NCBI GenBank assembly: GCA_037305845.1
Contig: CP147778.1
Location: 2,144,001 to 2,208,000 of the forward strand
Direction: 5' to 3'
DNA from: Candidatus Freyarchaeum deiterrae
GTDB taxonomy: Archaea > Asgardarchaeota > Jordiarchaeia > Jordiarchaeales > Jordiarchaeaceae
DNA: 64,000 nucleotides
Position numbers and translations under genes: made by a program. Shown piece after piece: positions 19,580-30,253 of the stretch. Position 1 is the first letter of the stretch. The number at the start of each line of letters is the position of its first letter. Below the pieces are notes generated by a model. That model had not been told where the DNA came from. It saw only the letters and a program-made list of their open reading frames with translations, and did no database searches.

Positions 19580-20773
19580 TTGACGGAAAGAGTGAAAAAG
19601 TCTCTAGAGGCTTCGAAAGAAGTCTTTAATTTAGCTTCCCAACACTACTTGGGTGCACTCGAGGCGAAGAAACAGGGTAAGCTGGTTACCTGGATGACTG
19701 GGTACGATCCTGTAGAACTACTCTACGCTATGGATGTCGCTGTGGTTTATCCAGAAAATTATTCCGCACTATGCGCCGTTACACAGTCAGCACCAAAATT
19801 TATTGAAACATGCGAACGTTTAGGATATTCCAGTAATCTGTGTTCTTATGCTCGGAACACCATAGGAACGACGTTTGAGGAGGGAGCCCCCCTTGGCGGT
19901 CTTGCTCCTCCCGACTTTCTGGTGGTTGCGCGAAAGTTCTGTAAGACTCATATCAAATGGTGGCAGGTTCTGAGCCGTAGGTTTAACTGTCCCCTCTTCA
20001 TAATAGACTCTCCCTACGTTACTGATAAAGTGGAAGACTACCACATTGACCACTATGTATCCCAACTTGAAGACTTGATAGACTTCCTAGAAGAGCAAAC
20101 AGGTAGAAAACTAGACTATGATAAACTCGCAGAAGTTGTTAAGCTCTCCGATAGGGCGAGTGAGCTTTGGGATGAAGTTATGGCAATGCGTAGGAATGTT
20201 CCCTGCCCTGTTGGAGCAACTGATGTACTATCCTGTATGTTTGCCATTGTAACGCTGCCAGGCACTAAGACCGCTGTTGAATTCTACGAAAGGCTGAGAG
20301 ACGAGGTTAAGGAGAGGGCCGAGAACAAGATTGGTGTGGTGCCTGTAGAGAAGCATCGTCTGCTCTGGGACAACATCGTCCTCTGGTACAATGTAGGTTT
20401 ATCAAACTATTTCCAAAAGTTCGGAGCGGTTTTTGTTCTGGAGCCATACACCATGGTTTGGAGCGGACGTTTAGATCCTTCAAATCCTTTAGAGTCTCTA
20501 GCAAGAAAGTACCTGTTTCCCTTCATAGGGCTAAAGAACAGGGGGGATGCAATGGTTGAGCTTTGTAAACTGTACAAGGTGGATGGTGCTGTGATGCACT
20601 CTAACAGAAGCTGCAAGTTTTTATCTCTGCTAGAATACGAGCTAAAAGATCGTTTGATGGAAGAACTTGGAATCCCCTCATTGATAATCGAAGGAGACCA
20701 CTGTGATAGTAGAGCCTACTCCGATGCACAAATTAAGATGAGAATCCAAGCTTTTATGGAGATGCTGGGATAG
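19580..20773 (+). CDS. 2-hydroxyacyl-CoA dehydratase / class I benzoyl-CoA reductase family, second subunit
   Basis: YPENY, CSYAR, C..HIKW, HSNRSCK and EGDHCD motifs. Start moved to the TTG after GGGTGG. Confidence 0.88.
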   Translation: MTERVKKSLEASKEVFNLASQHYLGALEAKKQGKLVTWMTGYDPVELLYAMDVAVVYPENYSALCAVTQSAPKFIETCERLGYSSNLCSYARNTIGTTFEEGAPLGGLAPPDFLVVARKFCKTHIKWWQVLSRRFNCPLFIIDSPYVTDKVEDYHIDHYVSQLEDLIDFLEEQTGRKLDYDKLAEVVKLSDRASELWDEVMAMRRNVPCPVGATDVLSCMFAIVTLPGTKTAVEFYERLRDEVKERAENKIGVVPVEKHRLLWDNIVLWYNVGLSNYFQKFGAVFVLEPYTMVWSGRLDPSNPLESLARKYLFPFIGLKNRGDAMVELCKLYKVDGAVMHSNRSCKFLSLLEYELKDRLMEELGIPSLIIEGDHCDSRAYSDAQIKMRIQAFMEMLG

Positions 20774-20777
20774 CGCG

Positions 20778-21560
20778 ATGTACACTGCTGGGATTGATAT
20801 AGGCGCGCTTACGGCGAAGTCCATTATTCTAGAAGATGAAAAACCCTTAGCTTTCATAGTAATACCTTCGGGTTCGAACAGTAAAGAGACGGCGGAAAAA
20901 GTAATGGAGGCTACTTTAGGTAAAGCTGGGCTTTCTCAGGAGGACATTTCATTTACTGTCGCAACGGGGTATGGTCGTGTGAATGTTCCCTTCGCCGATA
21001 AGCAGGTTACCGAGATATCCTGCCACGCTAAGGGTGCCTACTCCCTTTTTCCCACAGTAAGAACGGTTATAGATATTGGTGGACAGGACAGTAAGGCTAT
21101 TAAAATCGGGAAAGACGGTAGGGTAATAGATTTTGCTATGAATGACAGATGTGCGGCAGGAACTGGTAGATTTTTGGAAGTTATGGCTAAGGCGCTAGAG
21201 GTGAGATTGGAGGATCTGGGGGAACTTTCACTTCAGTCTAAAAACAAAGCCAAGATTAGTAATATTTGCACCGTTTTTGCGGAGTCGGAGGTCATTTCGC
21301 GAATATCTGAGGGAACCCCAAAAGTAGATATCATAGCTGGTATACACGATGCTATTGCTAACAGAGTCTTTGGGATGGCGAGCCGTGTAAAAATTGAAAA
21401 GGATTTGGTTATGACGGGTGGGGTTGCCAAAAACAGCGGCGTTATAAAGTCTTTGGAGGAGAAGGTGGGTTTCAAAATTCTGGTTTCCGAAGAACCGCAA
21501 ATAGTTGGTGCTCTTGGTGCTGCCATAATAGCACGAGAAAATGCCTCGAAACAGTTTTGA
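20778..21560 (+). CDS. ATP-dependent dehydratase activase (HgdC/BadF/G ASKHA family)
   Basis: ATGYGR, EISCHAKG, DIGGQDSK, MNDRCAAGTGRFLE and CTVFAESEV motifs. Confidence 0.93.
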   Translation: MYTAGIDIGALTAKSIILEDEKPLAFIVIPSGSNSKETAEKVMEATLGKAGLSQEDISFTVATGYGRVNVPFADKQVTEISCHAKGAYSLFPTVRTVIDIGGQDSKAIKIGKDGRVIDFAMNDRCAAGTGRFLEVMAKALEVRLEDLGELSLQSKNKAKISNICTVFAESEVISRISEGTPKVDIIAGIHDAIANRVFGMASRVKIEKDLVMTGGVAKNSGVIKSLEEKVGFKILVSEEPQIVGALGAAIIARENASKQF

Positions 21561-21738
21561 TGTTTATAAAAAAGGGAATTAAAAAAGATACTTTTATAGG
21601 TCTTTGGAAAATAATTTTACATAATAGTGTTAATAATATGATGAGGTAAGAGAGGGATGCCTTCGTAACCTCTCAAAAAGCCGATTGAACTCGAACTGTT
21701 AAAAAGGGTTTGAAAAAAATTGTTGGTGGTGTTTAGGA

Positions 21739-23127
21739 GTGGTTGACCTAAAGCCGAAGTATTTTACTGAAGAAGAAATTATAGAATTACTAACCGAAGT
21801 AACTGATGAGGAGTTACAAAGTTGTCACAAACACGAACTTGTTCCGTCGAAAGATGTGATTATGTTTCAGGGAACACCAGGAGAGGCTACAGTTAAGGAT
21901 ACCAAGGATAATGAGTACATTGACTTCACTGCCCAAGCTTGGTCACTGGGAGCAGGCTACATACAACAGGATGTTATGTTCGCCGCAATGGAGCAAATGA
22001 AACATCTCTCACATAACCGCAACCATTTTCAAACGATTCCCCGAATAAAACTAGTAAACAAACTCTCAGAAATGGCACCAGGAGACCTAAAGAATGTGGT
22101 GCTGAACACCCAGGGTGGATCAGTTGCGGTTGAAGTAGCTTTGAAGATTGCCATGGTGAACAGACCGGCTATAGCGGACATTTTCATAACAATGTGGGGC
22201 GGATACCACGGGAACACCCTAGCCATGACGTCTCCCACACATTTCATGCCCCTAGTGGTTAGATACAAGGGATTCGGGAGAGAACACTTCGTTAAATCAC
22301 CCTTCCCATATTGCTACCGATGCCCATTCGGTCAAAAAGACGTTTCGGAATGTGGAGATCTATGCCTAAAGATGCTCGAAGGGACCATAGACTACGGCTG
22401 CCAAGGATTGCCAATCGGGATAGTTATAGAACCGATACAGGGTCCTCACGGCGAGATACCCTCACCCCCCGAGTTTATTAAGGGCGCCAGAGAGCTTTGC
22501 AATAAAAACAATCTTCTGCTTATTTTCGACGAGGCTCAAACCGCCTTCGGCAAGATAGGAAAAATGTTTGCGGCAGAATACTATGAAACTATACCAGACA
22601 TCATGGCTCTCACCAAAGCCCTAGGAGGCGGGTTACCAATGGGCGCAACACTAGCTAGTGAAAAACTGGGAATGTTTACCCCCGCTGAGCAACATAGTAC
22701 TTTCAGCTCGAATCCCGTTAGCTTCGCCGCTGCATTAATAAACTTGGAACTTATCCAAAGACTCGATTTGCCCAAGAGAGCCGAGGAGATGGGAAAGTAT
22801 CTGAAAAAAAGACTCCTAGACCTGCAAGAAAACTACCCCATAATGGGCGACGTGCGAGGAATTGGGTTATTCCAGGGAGTTGAACTAGTAAAAGACCCCG
22901 AAACAAAGGAGCCTGCAAACACCGCAGCAGAAGAATTTGTTGCAGAAGCACTTAAAAAAGGTCTAATATTAGACCTATGCGAACCGGTGATAACGCTACA
23001 CGGACAATTCATAAGGAGCACTCTAACCATAAAACCGCCCATAATAATAACCAGGGAACAAGTAGATCGGGCACTAGAAATCTTTGAAGAGTGTCTGCAA
23101 GCAGTTACTCCTCTAATAAAAAACTAA
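21739..23127 (+). CDS. Class III PLP aminotransferase
   Basis: GYHGNT, IEPIQG, FDEAQTAFG, LTKALGGG and DVRGIGL motifs. Confidence 0.9.
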   Translation: MVDLKPKYFTEEEIIELLTEVTDEELQSCHKHELVPSKDVIMFQGTPGEATVKDTKDNEYIDFTAQAWSLGAGYIQQDVMFAAMEQMKHLSHNRNHFQTIPRIKLVNKLSEMAPGDLKNVVLNTQGGSVAVEVALKIAMVNRPAIADIFITMWGGYHGNTLAMTSPTHFMPLVVRYKGFGREHFVKSPFPYCYRCPFGQKDVSECGDLCLKMLEGTIDYGCQGLPIGIVIEPIQGPHGEIPSPPEFIKGARELCNKNNLLLIFDEAQTAFGKIGKMFAAEYYETIPDIMALTKALGGGLPMGATLASEKLGMFTPAEQHSTFSSNPVSFAAALINLELIQRLDLPKRAEEMGKYLKKRLLDLQENYPIMGDVRGIGLFQGVELVKDPETKEPANTAAEEFVAEALKKGLILDLCEPVITLHGQFIRSTLTIKPPIIITREQVDRALEIFEECLQAVTPLIKN

Positions 23128-23361
23128 AAACCGAAGCAAGCTAAAATTATTTCCCTACAATTTTTATTTTTTTTAACTTCTCTCTAACCGAGAATTTTAT
23201 CGAACCTTTTTCTTCTACACAGGTTAAGATAAACCGTTCCAAACTTGTTTTTTTTATGTCTCGAAGAGCTGTTTAAGAAACTATTTAAGAATGCAAATTC
23301 CTTAAAATATATTTAAAAAATGAAGAGTTTTGAAAATAGAATAGTTGGAGGTTAAAGAGAG

Positions 23362-24960
23362 TTGGGAGAACAATGCATACTAACACATGATGTAGGAACA
23401 TCAGGAGACAAAGCAGCTCTGGTAGGAACATCGGGCAAAATACTCGGAACCGCAGAGAAAGACTACGACGTGGACTATCCACAACCGGGATGGGCTGAGC
23501 AGGACCCCAAACAGTACTGGGACGCAGTAGTAGAAACAACCAGAACACTCTTAAAAAAGTCAAAAATTAACCCCAAAGAAGTGATAGGAATAAGCCTAGA
23601 CGCCCAGATGATGGCAGCAATACCAGTAGACAAAGACTGCAACGCCCTCCGACCAGCAATGATCTGGCTCGACTCCCGAAGCCAAAAACAATCAGCAGAA
23701 TTCGAAAAAAAATTCGACCCCATAAGCCAACTGCTCGACATGGGAAACCTACCCATGACCACCGCAAAGGACGTCATACCCAAAATCTGGTGGATCCGAG
23801 ACAACGAGCCCAAAGTTTTTGAGAAAGCCTACAAATGGTGCGATGTTAAAGACTACGTAATCCGCAAACTCGTAGGAGAATTCTACACGGATTGGAGCAC
23901 CGCTCTCCTCTTCGGCCTTTTCCACATCCAAAACCATGTCTGGGTCGACCAAATAATCGAAGGAGTAGGCTTATCAAGAGATAAGCTCTGCGAAGTCACC
24001 AAAACCACGGATGTTATAGGAACCCTAACAAAAGAAGCAGCCCGCGAATTGGGACTCACCACAGAAACATCTGTAATCTGTGGCGCAGGTGACGCACCAG
24101 CCACTAATGTGGGTTCAGGCGCAATTAAAACCCTTGAAGGACACCTATACCTAGGCTCATCCGGATGGGTCTCCGTAACAATGGATAATTTTGCCGTTGA
24201 CCCCGAAACAGGCATCGCAACCATCTACTCCGGAGTCCCAGGAAAATTCATGCTCATCGGCGAAATGGAAAGCGTCGCCGCACCCTTCAAATGGTTCAGA
24301 GACAAGCTCGCCACAGCAGAGTGCCAAACAGCCACAGAACGAAACGTTGACCCCTACGACATCATAAACGAAGAAGCAGCGGCAGTAGGACCGGGCGCAA
24401 AGAAATTAATCTTTCTACCATGGATGCTCGGAGAAAGGGCACCAATACAGGACACCACAGTCAGAGGCGGCTTCATCAACCTAAGCTTCCACCACGGCCC
24501 ACCCGAGATCGCAAGATCCATACTGGAAGGAGTAGCCTACCACATAAGGTGGATAACAAAAAACATTCAGAAAATCCTCGACCGAGGCGTCCTAGACCCA
24601 AACCAACCCAAACCCGAAATCAAATCCCTAAACGCCTGCGGAGGAGGAGCAATAAGCCCCCTCTGGATGCAAATATTCGCCGACGTACTCGACAAGAGAA
24701 TACGCCTCATCAAAGAACCCCGCTCTGTAGCAGCACTTGGAATCGCAATAATATCAATGATCGGACTAAAAATATACCCGGACTTTGAAACTGCAGTAAA
24801 CAAAATAATAAAAACCGATAAAGACTACTACCCAAACGAAAACCTGAAACCAATATACGACGAAATGTACAATGTCTACGAAGGAATCTACCCAAAACTA
24901 AAAGACGTTTACCAAACCCTTAACAAGGGCGAAACAACCAAAAAAATAATAGAACCCTAA
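23362..24960 (+). CDS. FGGY-family carbohydrate kinase (xylulokinase-like)
   Basis: HDVGTSG, WAEQDP, IWLDSR, GAGD, YLGSSGW, LGERAP and CGGGA motifs. Confidence 0.9.
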   Translation: MGEQCILTHDVGTSGDKAALVGTSGKILGTAEKDYDVDYPQPGWAEQDPKQYWDAVVETTRTLLKKSKINPKEVIGISLDAQMMAAIPVDKDCNALRPAMIWLDSRSQKQSAEFEKKFDPISQLLDMGNLPMTTAKDVIPKIWWIRDNEPKVFEKAYKWCDVKDYVIRKLVGEFYTDWSTALLFGLFHIQNHVWVDQIIEGVGLSRDKLCEVTKTTDVIGTLTKEAARELGLTTETSVICGAGDAPATNVGSGAIKTLEGHLYLGSSGWVSVTMDNFAVDPETGIATIYSGVPGKFMLIGEMESVAAPFKWFRDKLATAECQTATERNVDPYDIINEEAAAVGPGAKKLIFLPWMLGERAPIQDTTVRGGFINLSFHHGPPEIARSILEGVAYHIRWITKNIQKILDRGVLDPNQPKPEIKSLNACGGGAISPLWMQIFADVLDKRIRLIKEPRSVAALGIAIISMIGLKIYPDFETAVNKIIKTDKDYYPNENLKPIYDEMYNVYEGIYPKLKDVYQTLNKGETTKKIIEP

Positions 24961-25069
24961 CCCCATTTCCCCCTTTTTAGATTCCCACTAACAGAGTTAA
25001 AGATGATAGTGTGTTATAAGGGGCTAATAGCAAATGTTTATATCTTGAGGAGCCTCTTGATTTTTTATC

Positions 25070-25945
25070 ATGTATCCTCTACCTTTTGATTATTTTTCGC
25101 CAAAAAGTCTCGGCGAAGCTTTGGAGCTTTACGGGGATGGCTCAGAGATTAAAATACTAGCAGGTGGGCAGAGCCTGATACCTTCTCTGAAATTGAGATT
25201 GGTTTCTTTGAAAGGCGTGGTGGATATAACGGGCATCAAAGAACTTGATTATGTACGTAAAGATGAAGACTTGCTTAGGATAGGGGCGTTAACAACTACT
25301 GCCATCTTGGAAAGTGATGAAATAATCGCATCTTCAATGCCCATTCTAAAGGAGGCTGCGGCTCAAATTGCTGACCCCTTAGTAAGGAATAGGGGCACAG
25401 TGGGCGGCAATTTGTGTTATCCTGATCCAGTGTATGATTTGCCAGCGGTGATGCTCGCCTTAAACGCGTCAATGGTTGCGGCTAGCAAAAAGGGAACCAG
25501 AAGGATTAGCGCTGATTCGTTCTTCATAGACTCATTTAAGACCGCATTGAAGCCTGGAGAGATTCTTACCGAAGTCGAGGTGCCGTTGCAGCTGGGCAGG
25601 TTTGGGGGCGCATATTGCAAAGTGAAGAAGGGCTCGGGAGGCTATTCTATTGCTGGCGTCGCGTCCTGTCTTTCAGTTGCGGATGATGATGGTGCCATTT
25701 CTGGATGCCGGATCGGATTGACTGCTGTTGGTCCTAAGGCTCTAAGAGCTGAGAAAGCAGAACAAGCTCTTCTGAAAAGAGTGCCAACGCCATCTACGTT
25801 GGATAAAGCTGCTGCATTGGCTGTAAAGGCTTCAAAGCCGTCTTCTGACTCCAATGCGTCAGAGGGTTATAGGCGCAAGGTGTTATACAAGCTTGTAAAA
25901 GACTCGGTAGAAGCAGCTTATGGCAGGGCAACCCAAGTGAGGTGA
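25070..25945 (+). CDS. Xanthine-dehydrogenase-family FAD subunit (CoxM/CutB-like)
   Basis: LAGGQSLIP, IGALTT and VRNRGTVGGN motifs. Confidence 0.9.
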   Translation: MYPLPFDYFSPKSLGEALELYGDGSEIKILAGGQSLIPSLKLRLVSLKGVVDITGIKELDYVRKDEDLLRIGALTTTAILESDEIIASSMPILKEAAAQIADPLVRNRGTVGGNLCYPDPVYDLPAVMLALNASMVAASKKGTRRISADSFFIDSFKTALKPGEILTEVEVPLQLGRFGGAYCKVKKGSGGYSIAGVASCLSVADDDGAISGCRIGLTAVGPKALRAEKAEQALLKRVPTPSTLDKAAALAVKASKPSSDSNASEGYRRKVLYKLVKDSVEAAYGRATQVR

Positions 25946-25951
25946 CGGGAA

Positions 25952-26425
25952 ATGAAGATAAATTTTAGGGTAAATGGAGAAGATGTTGAACTTGATGTGG
26001 AGCCGAGGAGGCTTCTTGTGAGTGTACTTAGGGATGAGCTTGGGCTCACTGGAACGCATATGGGTTGTGATACTACGAATTGCGGTGCATGTGCTGTCTT
26101 GGTGGATGGCAAGGTAATCAAGTCGTGTACGATGCTTGCGGTTCAGGCGGATGGCAAGGAGATACTTACCATAGAGGGTTTGGCGAAAGAGGGCGAGTTG
26201 CACCCTGTTCAGCGTGCTTTTTTGGAGAAGCATGGATTGCAGTGCGGTTTCTGCACGCCGGGAATGATAATGACGTCTTACTGGCTTCTGAGCCAAAACA
26301 AGGACCAAGATGAGGAGGAGATAAAGAGGCTGCTCTCGGGAAACCTGTGCAGGTGCACGGGTTACCATGGAATTGTAGAGTCTGTAAAATACGCTAGGAT
26401 GCTTATGGAGAAAGAGGGGAGGTAA
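25952..26425 (+). CDS. Xanthine-dehydrogenase-family 2Fe-2S subunit (CoxS/CutC-like)
   Basis: [18 protein letters not shown] and NLCRCTGY motifs. Confidence 0.93.
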   Translation: MKINFRVNGEDVELDVEPRRLLVSVLRDELGLTGTHMGCDTTNCGACAVLVDGKVIKSCTMLAVQADGKEILTIEGLAKEGELHPVQRAFLEKHGLQCGFCTPGMIMTSYWLLSQNKDQDEEEIKRLLSGNLCRCTGYHGIVESVKYARMLMEKEGR

Positions 26426-26429
26426 TGCT

Positions 26430-28457
26430 ATGGGAGGACCTGAATTATTTGTTAGGGGCGCAGGGCGATATGTGGATGATATTAAGTTGCCACACATGCT
26501 GTATATGATGGTAGCTAGGAGCCCTTACGCGAGGGCAAGGGTACTTTCTGTGAAGGGCGGTATTAATAGGGATGATCTGAAGGCGCTTGTAGGTGGGTTT
26601 GGAGAGGGCGGGCGCTCAGATGTTGATCCTGTTTTGCTGCATCCTGTTTTTGCTCAGGATACTGTGAATTATGTCGGTCAGCCGGTTGCTGCGGTGTTTG
26701 CGGATGACCGTTACGTTGCTAGAGACAAGCTGGATGAAGTAGAAGTTGAATATGAGCAGTTGAAGCCTATTATGACTATAGACGACTCTCTTTCCAGCGA
26801 GCCTATTCATGCTGGTACTAAATCAAACATCATACGACAGTCATGGATGGGTGCCGATTTTGAGGATCCCAAGTCTCCTGTTGTACTGGAAGACGAGTTT
26901 ACGATAGGAAGGGTTGTGAATAACCCTCTCGAACCGAGAGGAATAATCGCGGATTATGATGGCTCCAGATTGACCGTTTACATCTCTACACAGGCGGTAT
27001 TCAGCATAAAGGCTGGGTTGTGCAGTGTCCTGAAGCTGGATAGTTCCAAGGTTAGGGTTTTGCAGGCAGACACAGGAGGCGCGTTCGGGTCGAAAAGTGC
27101 GCTATATCCTGAATACGTCATGGCAGCTTACGCGGCAATGAAATACAAGCAACCAGTGAAGTGGATTGAGAGCCGTAGCGAACACCTAGCCGCTAGTCAA
27201 CCAGGCAGAGGCATGCGTGGCAAGATGAAGATATTTGCCGACAAAGATGGAAAGGTTGACGCGTTGCGTGGCGAGGTAACCACAGACGCTGGTGCTTTTG
27301 GCGGGACTTCTGGAACCTCTTCGGCGTTTTTCGTGGCACTGCAGTTGACAGGACCTTATGGAATAGGAAAGGCGTATGTGCAAGCAACTTCCGTTATGAC
27401 GAACAAGCCTCCTCAAGGTCCCTACCGGGGCGCGGGGAGACCGGAGGCTGCTTTCTTCATGGAAAGAATGATGGACCTGCTTGCCGACGAGCTTGGAAAA
27501 GAAGCAGATGAAGTACGCCTCATTAACACCACCACAGAGAGCTTCAAGTCGCCACTTGGCCTACAGATTGAAGCGTCGCGTCCGTTCTATGAGAATGCTG
27601 TTGCCGAGCTAAAGTACAGGGAAAAATCAAAAAGCAGCAAGGCAGGGCTGGGCTTTTTCGTTCTGTTTCCCGCAGCCTTCATGGGGGAGACTGCTAGAAT
27701 AAAAATTAAGGACGGCAAGGTAGACGTTTGGCTCGGAGGAAACCAACACGGCCAGGCACACACTGCCTTTGTAAAGAGATTACTCAATGAAGAACTCGGA
27801 ATCCCCAACGACTTGGTAACGCTAAACAACGGAGACACTGACATGCTTGAGAAAGGCGTCGGAACCTGGGGAAGCAGATCCGCAATCGTGGGCGGGGCAG
27901 CCGTTGTCACCGCAGCCAGAAAATTGAAGGAGCAAGTAGAAAGCGAGCACGGAAGCTACACGACAGAAGCCCTGCTAGAAGGAGATTATAATGCAGAAGT
28001 TTTCTACGACTACAGAGCACAGTTAAACTCCTTCGGCGCAGCCCTCGCAACAGTAAGCATCAATAAGTATGGCATGGTCAACGTAAAAGAGTCTGCAGCT
28101 TGTTACGATGTGGGTAGGGCACTCACCCCCGGCGTAGTAGAAAGCCAGATAATCGGGGGAACTATTCAGGGAATCGGCCAAGTATTGTATGAGAGCGTTG
28201 TGCACGATTCGGAAGGCAGACTGCTGACAAAAAGCCTCTTCGACGCAGGCTTACCCGTAGCCGAAAACATGCCAGAATTCCAAGTCAAGATAATCGAAAA
28301 CCCCTCTTCACTACCTCATGGCGCTAAAGGCCTAGGCGAGGCCCCAACAATAGGCACACCGGTCGCCCTTGTGAGAGCCATCGAAAGAATATCCGGCAAA
28401 AGAATAACGCATACGCCAGTCAAACCTGAAGAATTAATTGAAGATTCAGACACATAA
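26430..28457 (+). CDS. Xanthine-dehydrogenase-family molybdopterin subunit (aldehyde oxidoreductase-like)
   Basis: GGAFGSK, PYRGAGRPEA, GTWGSRS and AKGLGE motifs; lacks the form I CODH AYxCSFR motif. Confidence 0.9.
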   Translation: MGGPELFVRGAGRYVDDIKLPHMLYMMVARSPYARARVLSVKGGINRDDLKALVGGFGEGGRSDVDPVLLHPVFAQDTVNYVGQPVAAVFADDRYVARDKLDEVEVEYEQLKPIMTIDDSLSSEPIHAGTKSNIIRQSWMGADFEDPKSPVVLEDEFTIGRVVNNPLEPRGIIADYDGSRLTVYISTQAVFSIKAGLCSVLKLDSSKVRVLQADTGGAFGSKSALYPEYVMAAYAAMKYKQPVKWIESRSEHLAASQPGRGMRGKMKIFADKDGKVDALRGEVTTDAGAFGGTSGTSSAFFVALQLTGPYGIGKAYVQATSVMTNKPPQGPYRGAGRPEAAFFMERMMDLLADELGKEADEVRLINTTTESFKSPLGLQIEASRPFYENAVAELKYREKSKSSKAGLGFFVLFPAAFMGETARIKIKDGKVDVWLGGNQHGQAHTAFVKRLLNEELGIPNDLVTLNNGDTDMLEKGVGTWGSRSAIVGGAAVVTAARKLKEQVESEHGSYTTEALLEGDYNAEVFYDYRAQLNSFGAALATVSINKYGMVNVKESAACYDVGRALTPGVVESQIIGGTIQGIGQVLYESVVHDSEGRLLTKSLFDAGLPVAENMPEFQVKIIENPSSLPHGAKGLGEAPTIGTPVALVRAIERISGKRITHTPVKPEELIEDSDT

Positions 28458-28609
28458 CTTACACTTTTTTAACAGCAAAGAGATCTAGGCACGCCAAGGC
28501 TGCAAGGCTAAACTAATTATTATTCAACTTTTGATTAGTTGTTTCAAATTATCGCTAGGACGGGGATGCTCAATTCACCTTTCTCCACGTTCAATGAAAA
28601 GCATCCTAG

Positions 28610-29413
28610 GTGAGTGGCATGATTACAGACTTGAAAATTTTGAATGAAGCGGCGCATCTATTGGAAAATGGAACTAGACTTGCGTTGTGCACGGTTATCG
28701 AGAAAAGGGGTTCAGGGCCTAGAGATGTTGGTGCGAAAATGATTGTTGGGGAAGACGAAAAGACTTATGGGACTATTGGGGGAGGTGCCCTTGAGAGAGC
28801 TTTGGTCAACGAGTGCATGAAAGCTTTGGAAGAAGGCAAATCAAGAAGAGTTACTTTCAACATGACGAGGGAAAAGAAAGAGGGAATGGTTGAAACGGGT
28901 CTGATATGCGGAGGCGAATTAACTGTGTTTGTTGACGTATTAGAACCAGATTTAAGGTTAATAATAGTGGGTTCTGGTCATGTAGCGTTGCCCTTAGCGA
29001 GACTAGCCGAAATTGTAGGATTTAAAACACTCATAGTTGATGATGACATCGACCTAGCCAACAAAGAGCGATTTCCAATGGCTGAAAGAATCATTACTGG
29101 CGATTTTGCCAAAATATTGAATGAGCTTGATGTAGGCTCCAACGACTCTGTCGTCATTGCTCACGGCGAACCTGAACATGATTACAAGGCATTAGAGAAG
29201 ATGATTGAAAAAAAACCCGCCTACATTGGACTGCTTGGAAGCCGGACGAAAGTTGCGATACTCGTTCAGAGGCTTCGAAAGCAAGGAATCAGCGAGGCAC
29301 AATTGAAGATATTACACGCACCCTTAGGCTTGGACATTGGGGCTCAGACCCCTGAAGAAATCGGAATAAGCGTACTCGCCGAGATTATCCAGAGCAAAAG
29401 AAAAAGAACATGA
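28610..29413 (+). CDS. xdhC: XdhC/CoxI Moco-insertion chaperone
   Basis: GSGPR..GAKM, GTIGGG..E, CGG, YIGLLGS and GAQTPEEI motifs. Confidence 0.9.
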   Translation: MSGMITDLKILNEAAHLLENGTRLALCTVIEKRGSGPRDVGAKMIVGEDEKTYGTIGGGALERALVNECMKALEEGKSRRVTFNMTREKKEGMVETGLICGGELTVFVDVLEPDLRLIIVGSGHVALPLARLAEIVGFKTLIVDDDIDLANKERFPMAERIITGDFAKILNELDVGSNDSVVIAHGEPEHDYKALEKMIEKKPAYIGLLGSRTKVAILVQRLRKQGISEAQLKILHAPLGLDIGAQTPEEIGISVLAEIIQSKRKRT

Positions 29414-29450
29414 ACATAGCACGAATCACTTACTTGAGTATTTACGGTTC

Positions 29451-30068
29451 TCAAATGCCATAGCTACCAGTTTTTATTAGACTGCGAGCGCGAGCCAAGT
29501 CTTCAGGAGTGTCTATGTCCATAATGGACCACTCCGGTGCCTCGATTGTGAACAGTTTGTCAGCATGCCTATTAACAACGTCTCGTATTGTCTCGGGGTT
29601 TTTCAAAGCTAGTATTTCGCCGAAAAGCTCCTTATGAAAGAGCAGCGGATGACCTTTCTTCCCCTTATGTATTGGACTCACAATCCATGCTTTGTCTACA
29701 TTGTTCTCCATCTGTTCAATCATAACGTTCAAAAAGTTCTTGTCAAGAATAGGTTCGTCTCCAAGAACCAAAAATGCAGCGTCAACATGACGCATTAGTC
29801 GCAGTCCCTTTTGAAAAGATGAAATCATCCCCTGTTCATAGTCATCATTTATAACCGTCTTAATATCTTCTAACCATGGCTTTATGGCTTCGATTATCTG
29901 CTGAGGTTCGTGTCCTAACACAATTACTTTTTCATCTGCGTCCGTAGCTGCTATTGCATCCAAAACATTCCCTATCAAAGTATCATCATTCAGACGCAGC
30001 AGGAGCTTGTTTTGCCCCATCCTTTCGGATTTACCGGCTGCTAGAACAATTGCTGCGGTAATTATCAT
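29451..30068 (-). CDS. mocA: Molybdenum cofactor cytidylyltransferase-like nucleotidyltransferase
   Basis: LAAGKSERMGQNKLL, LGDEP, GHPLLF and DIDTPED motifs; adjacent to the XDH cassette. Confidence 0.85.
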   Translation of the reverse strand: MIITAAIVLAAGKSERMGQNKLLLRLNDDTLIGNVLDAIAATDADEKVIVLGHEPQQIIEAIKPWLEDIKTVINDDYEQGMISSFQKGLRLMRHVDAAFLVLGDEPILDKNFLNVMIEQMENNVDKAWIVSPIHKGKKGHPLLFHKELFGEILALKNPETIRDVVNRHADKLFTIEAPEWSIMDIDTPEDLARARSLIKTGSYGI

Positions 30069-30253
30069 CAACACCTCCCATGCCGAAAATAGCGCCATCC
30101 TCTCTGGGGTTGCACCAAACGTCGTGACTATTGCTTCCTAGTTGATTGCACCAAAATATAACCATATTCAAGTATATAACTATGCTCAACGAAAATCGCG
30201 GCAAAAAAATAAAAACAAAAAAGAGAAGGGGAAAGCCCCGAAACTAAATTCCT

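Noticed and set aside
21636-21700. Box C/D sRNA upstream of the aminotransferase (ATGATGA plus GAGAGG/CCTCTC hairpin)
   Set aside because: No convincing CTGA box D at a suitable spacing; more likely just 5' leader structure.
26430-28457. Aerobic form I CO dehydrogenase
   Set aside because: The active-site loop is PYRGAGR, not AYxCSFR.
28555-28609. Moco riboswitch-like hairpin before xdhC (GGATGCT/AGCATCC)
   Set aside because: A single stem only; no recognisable riboswitch consensus.
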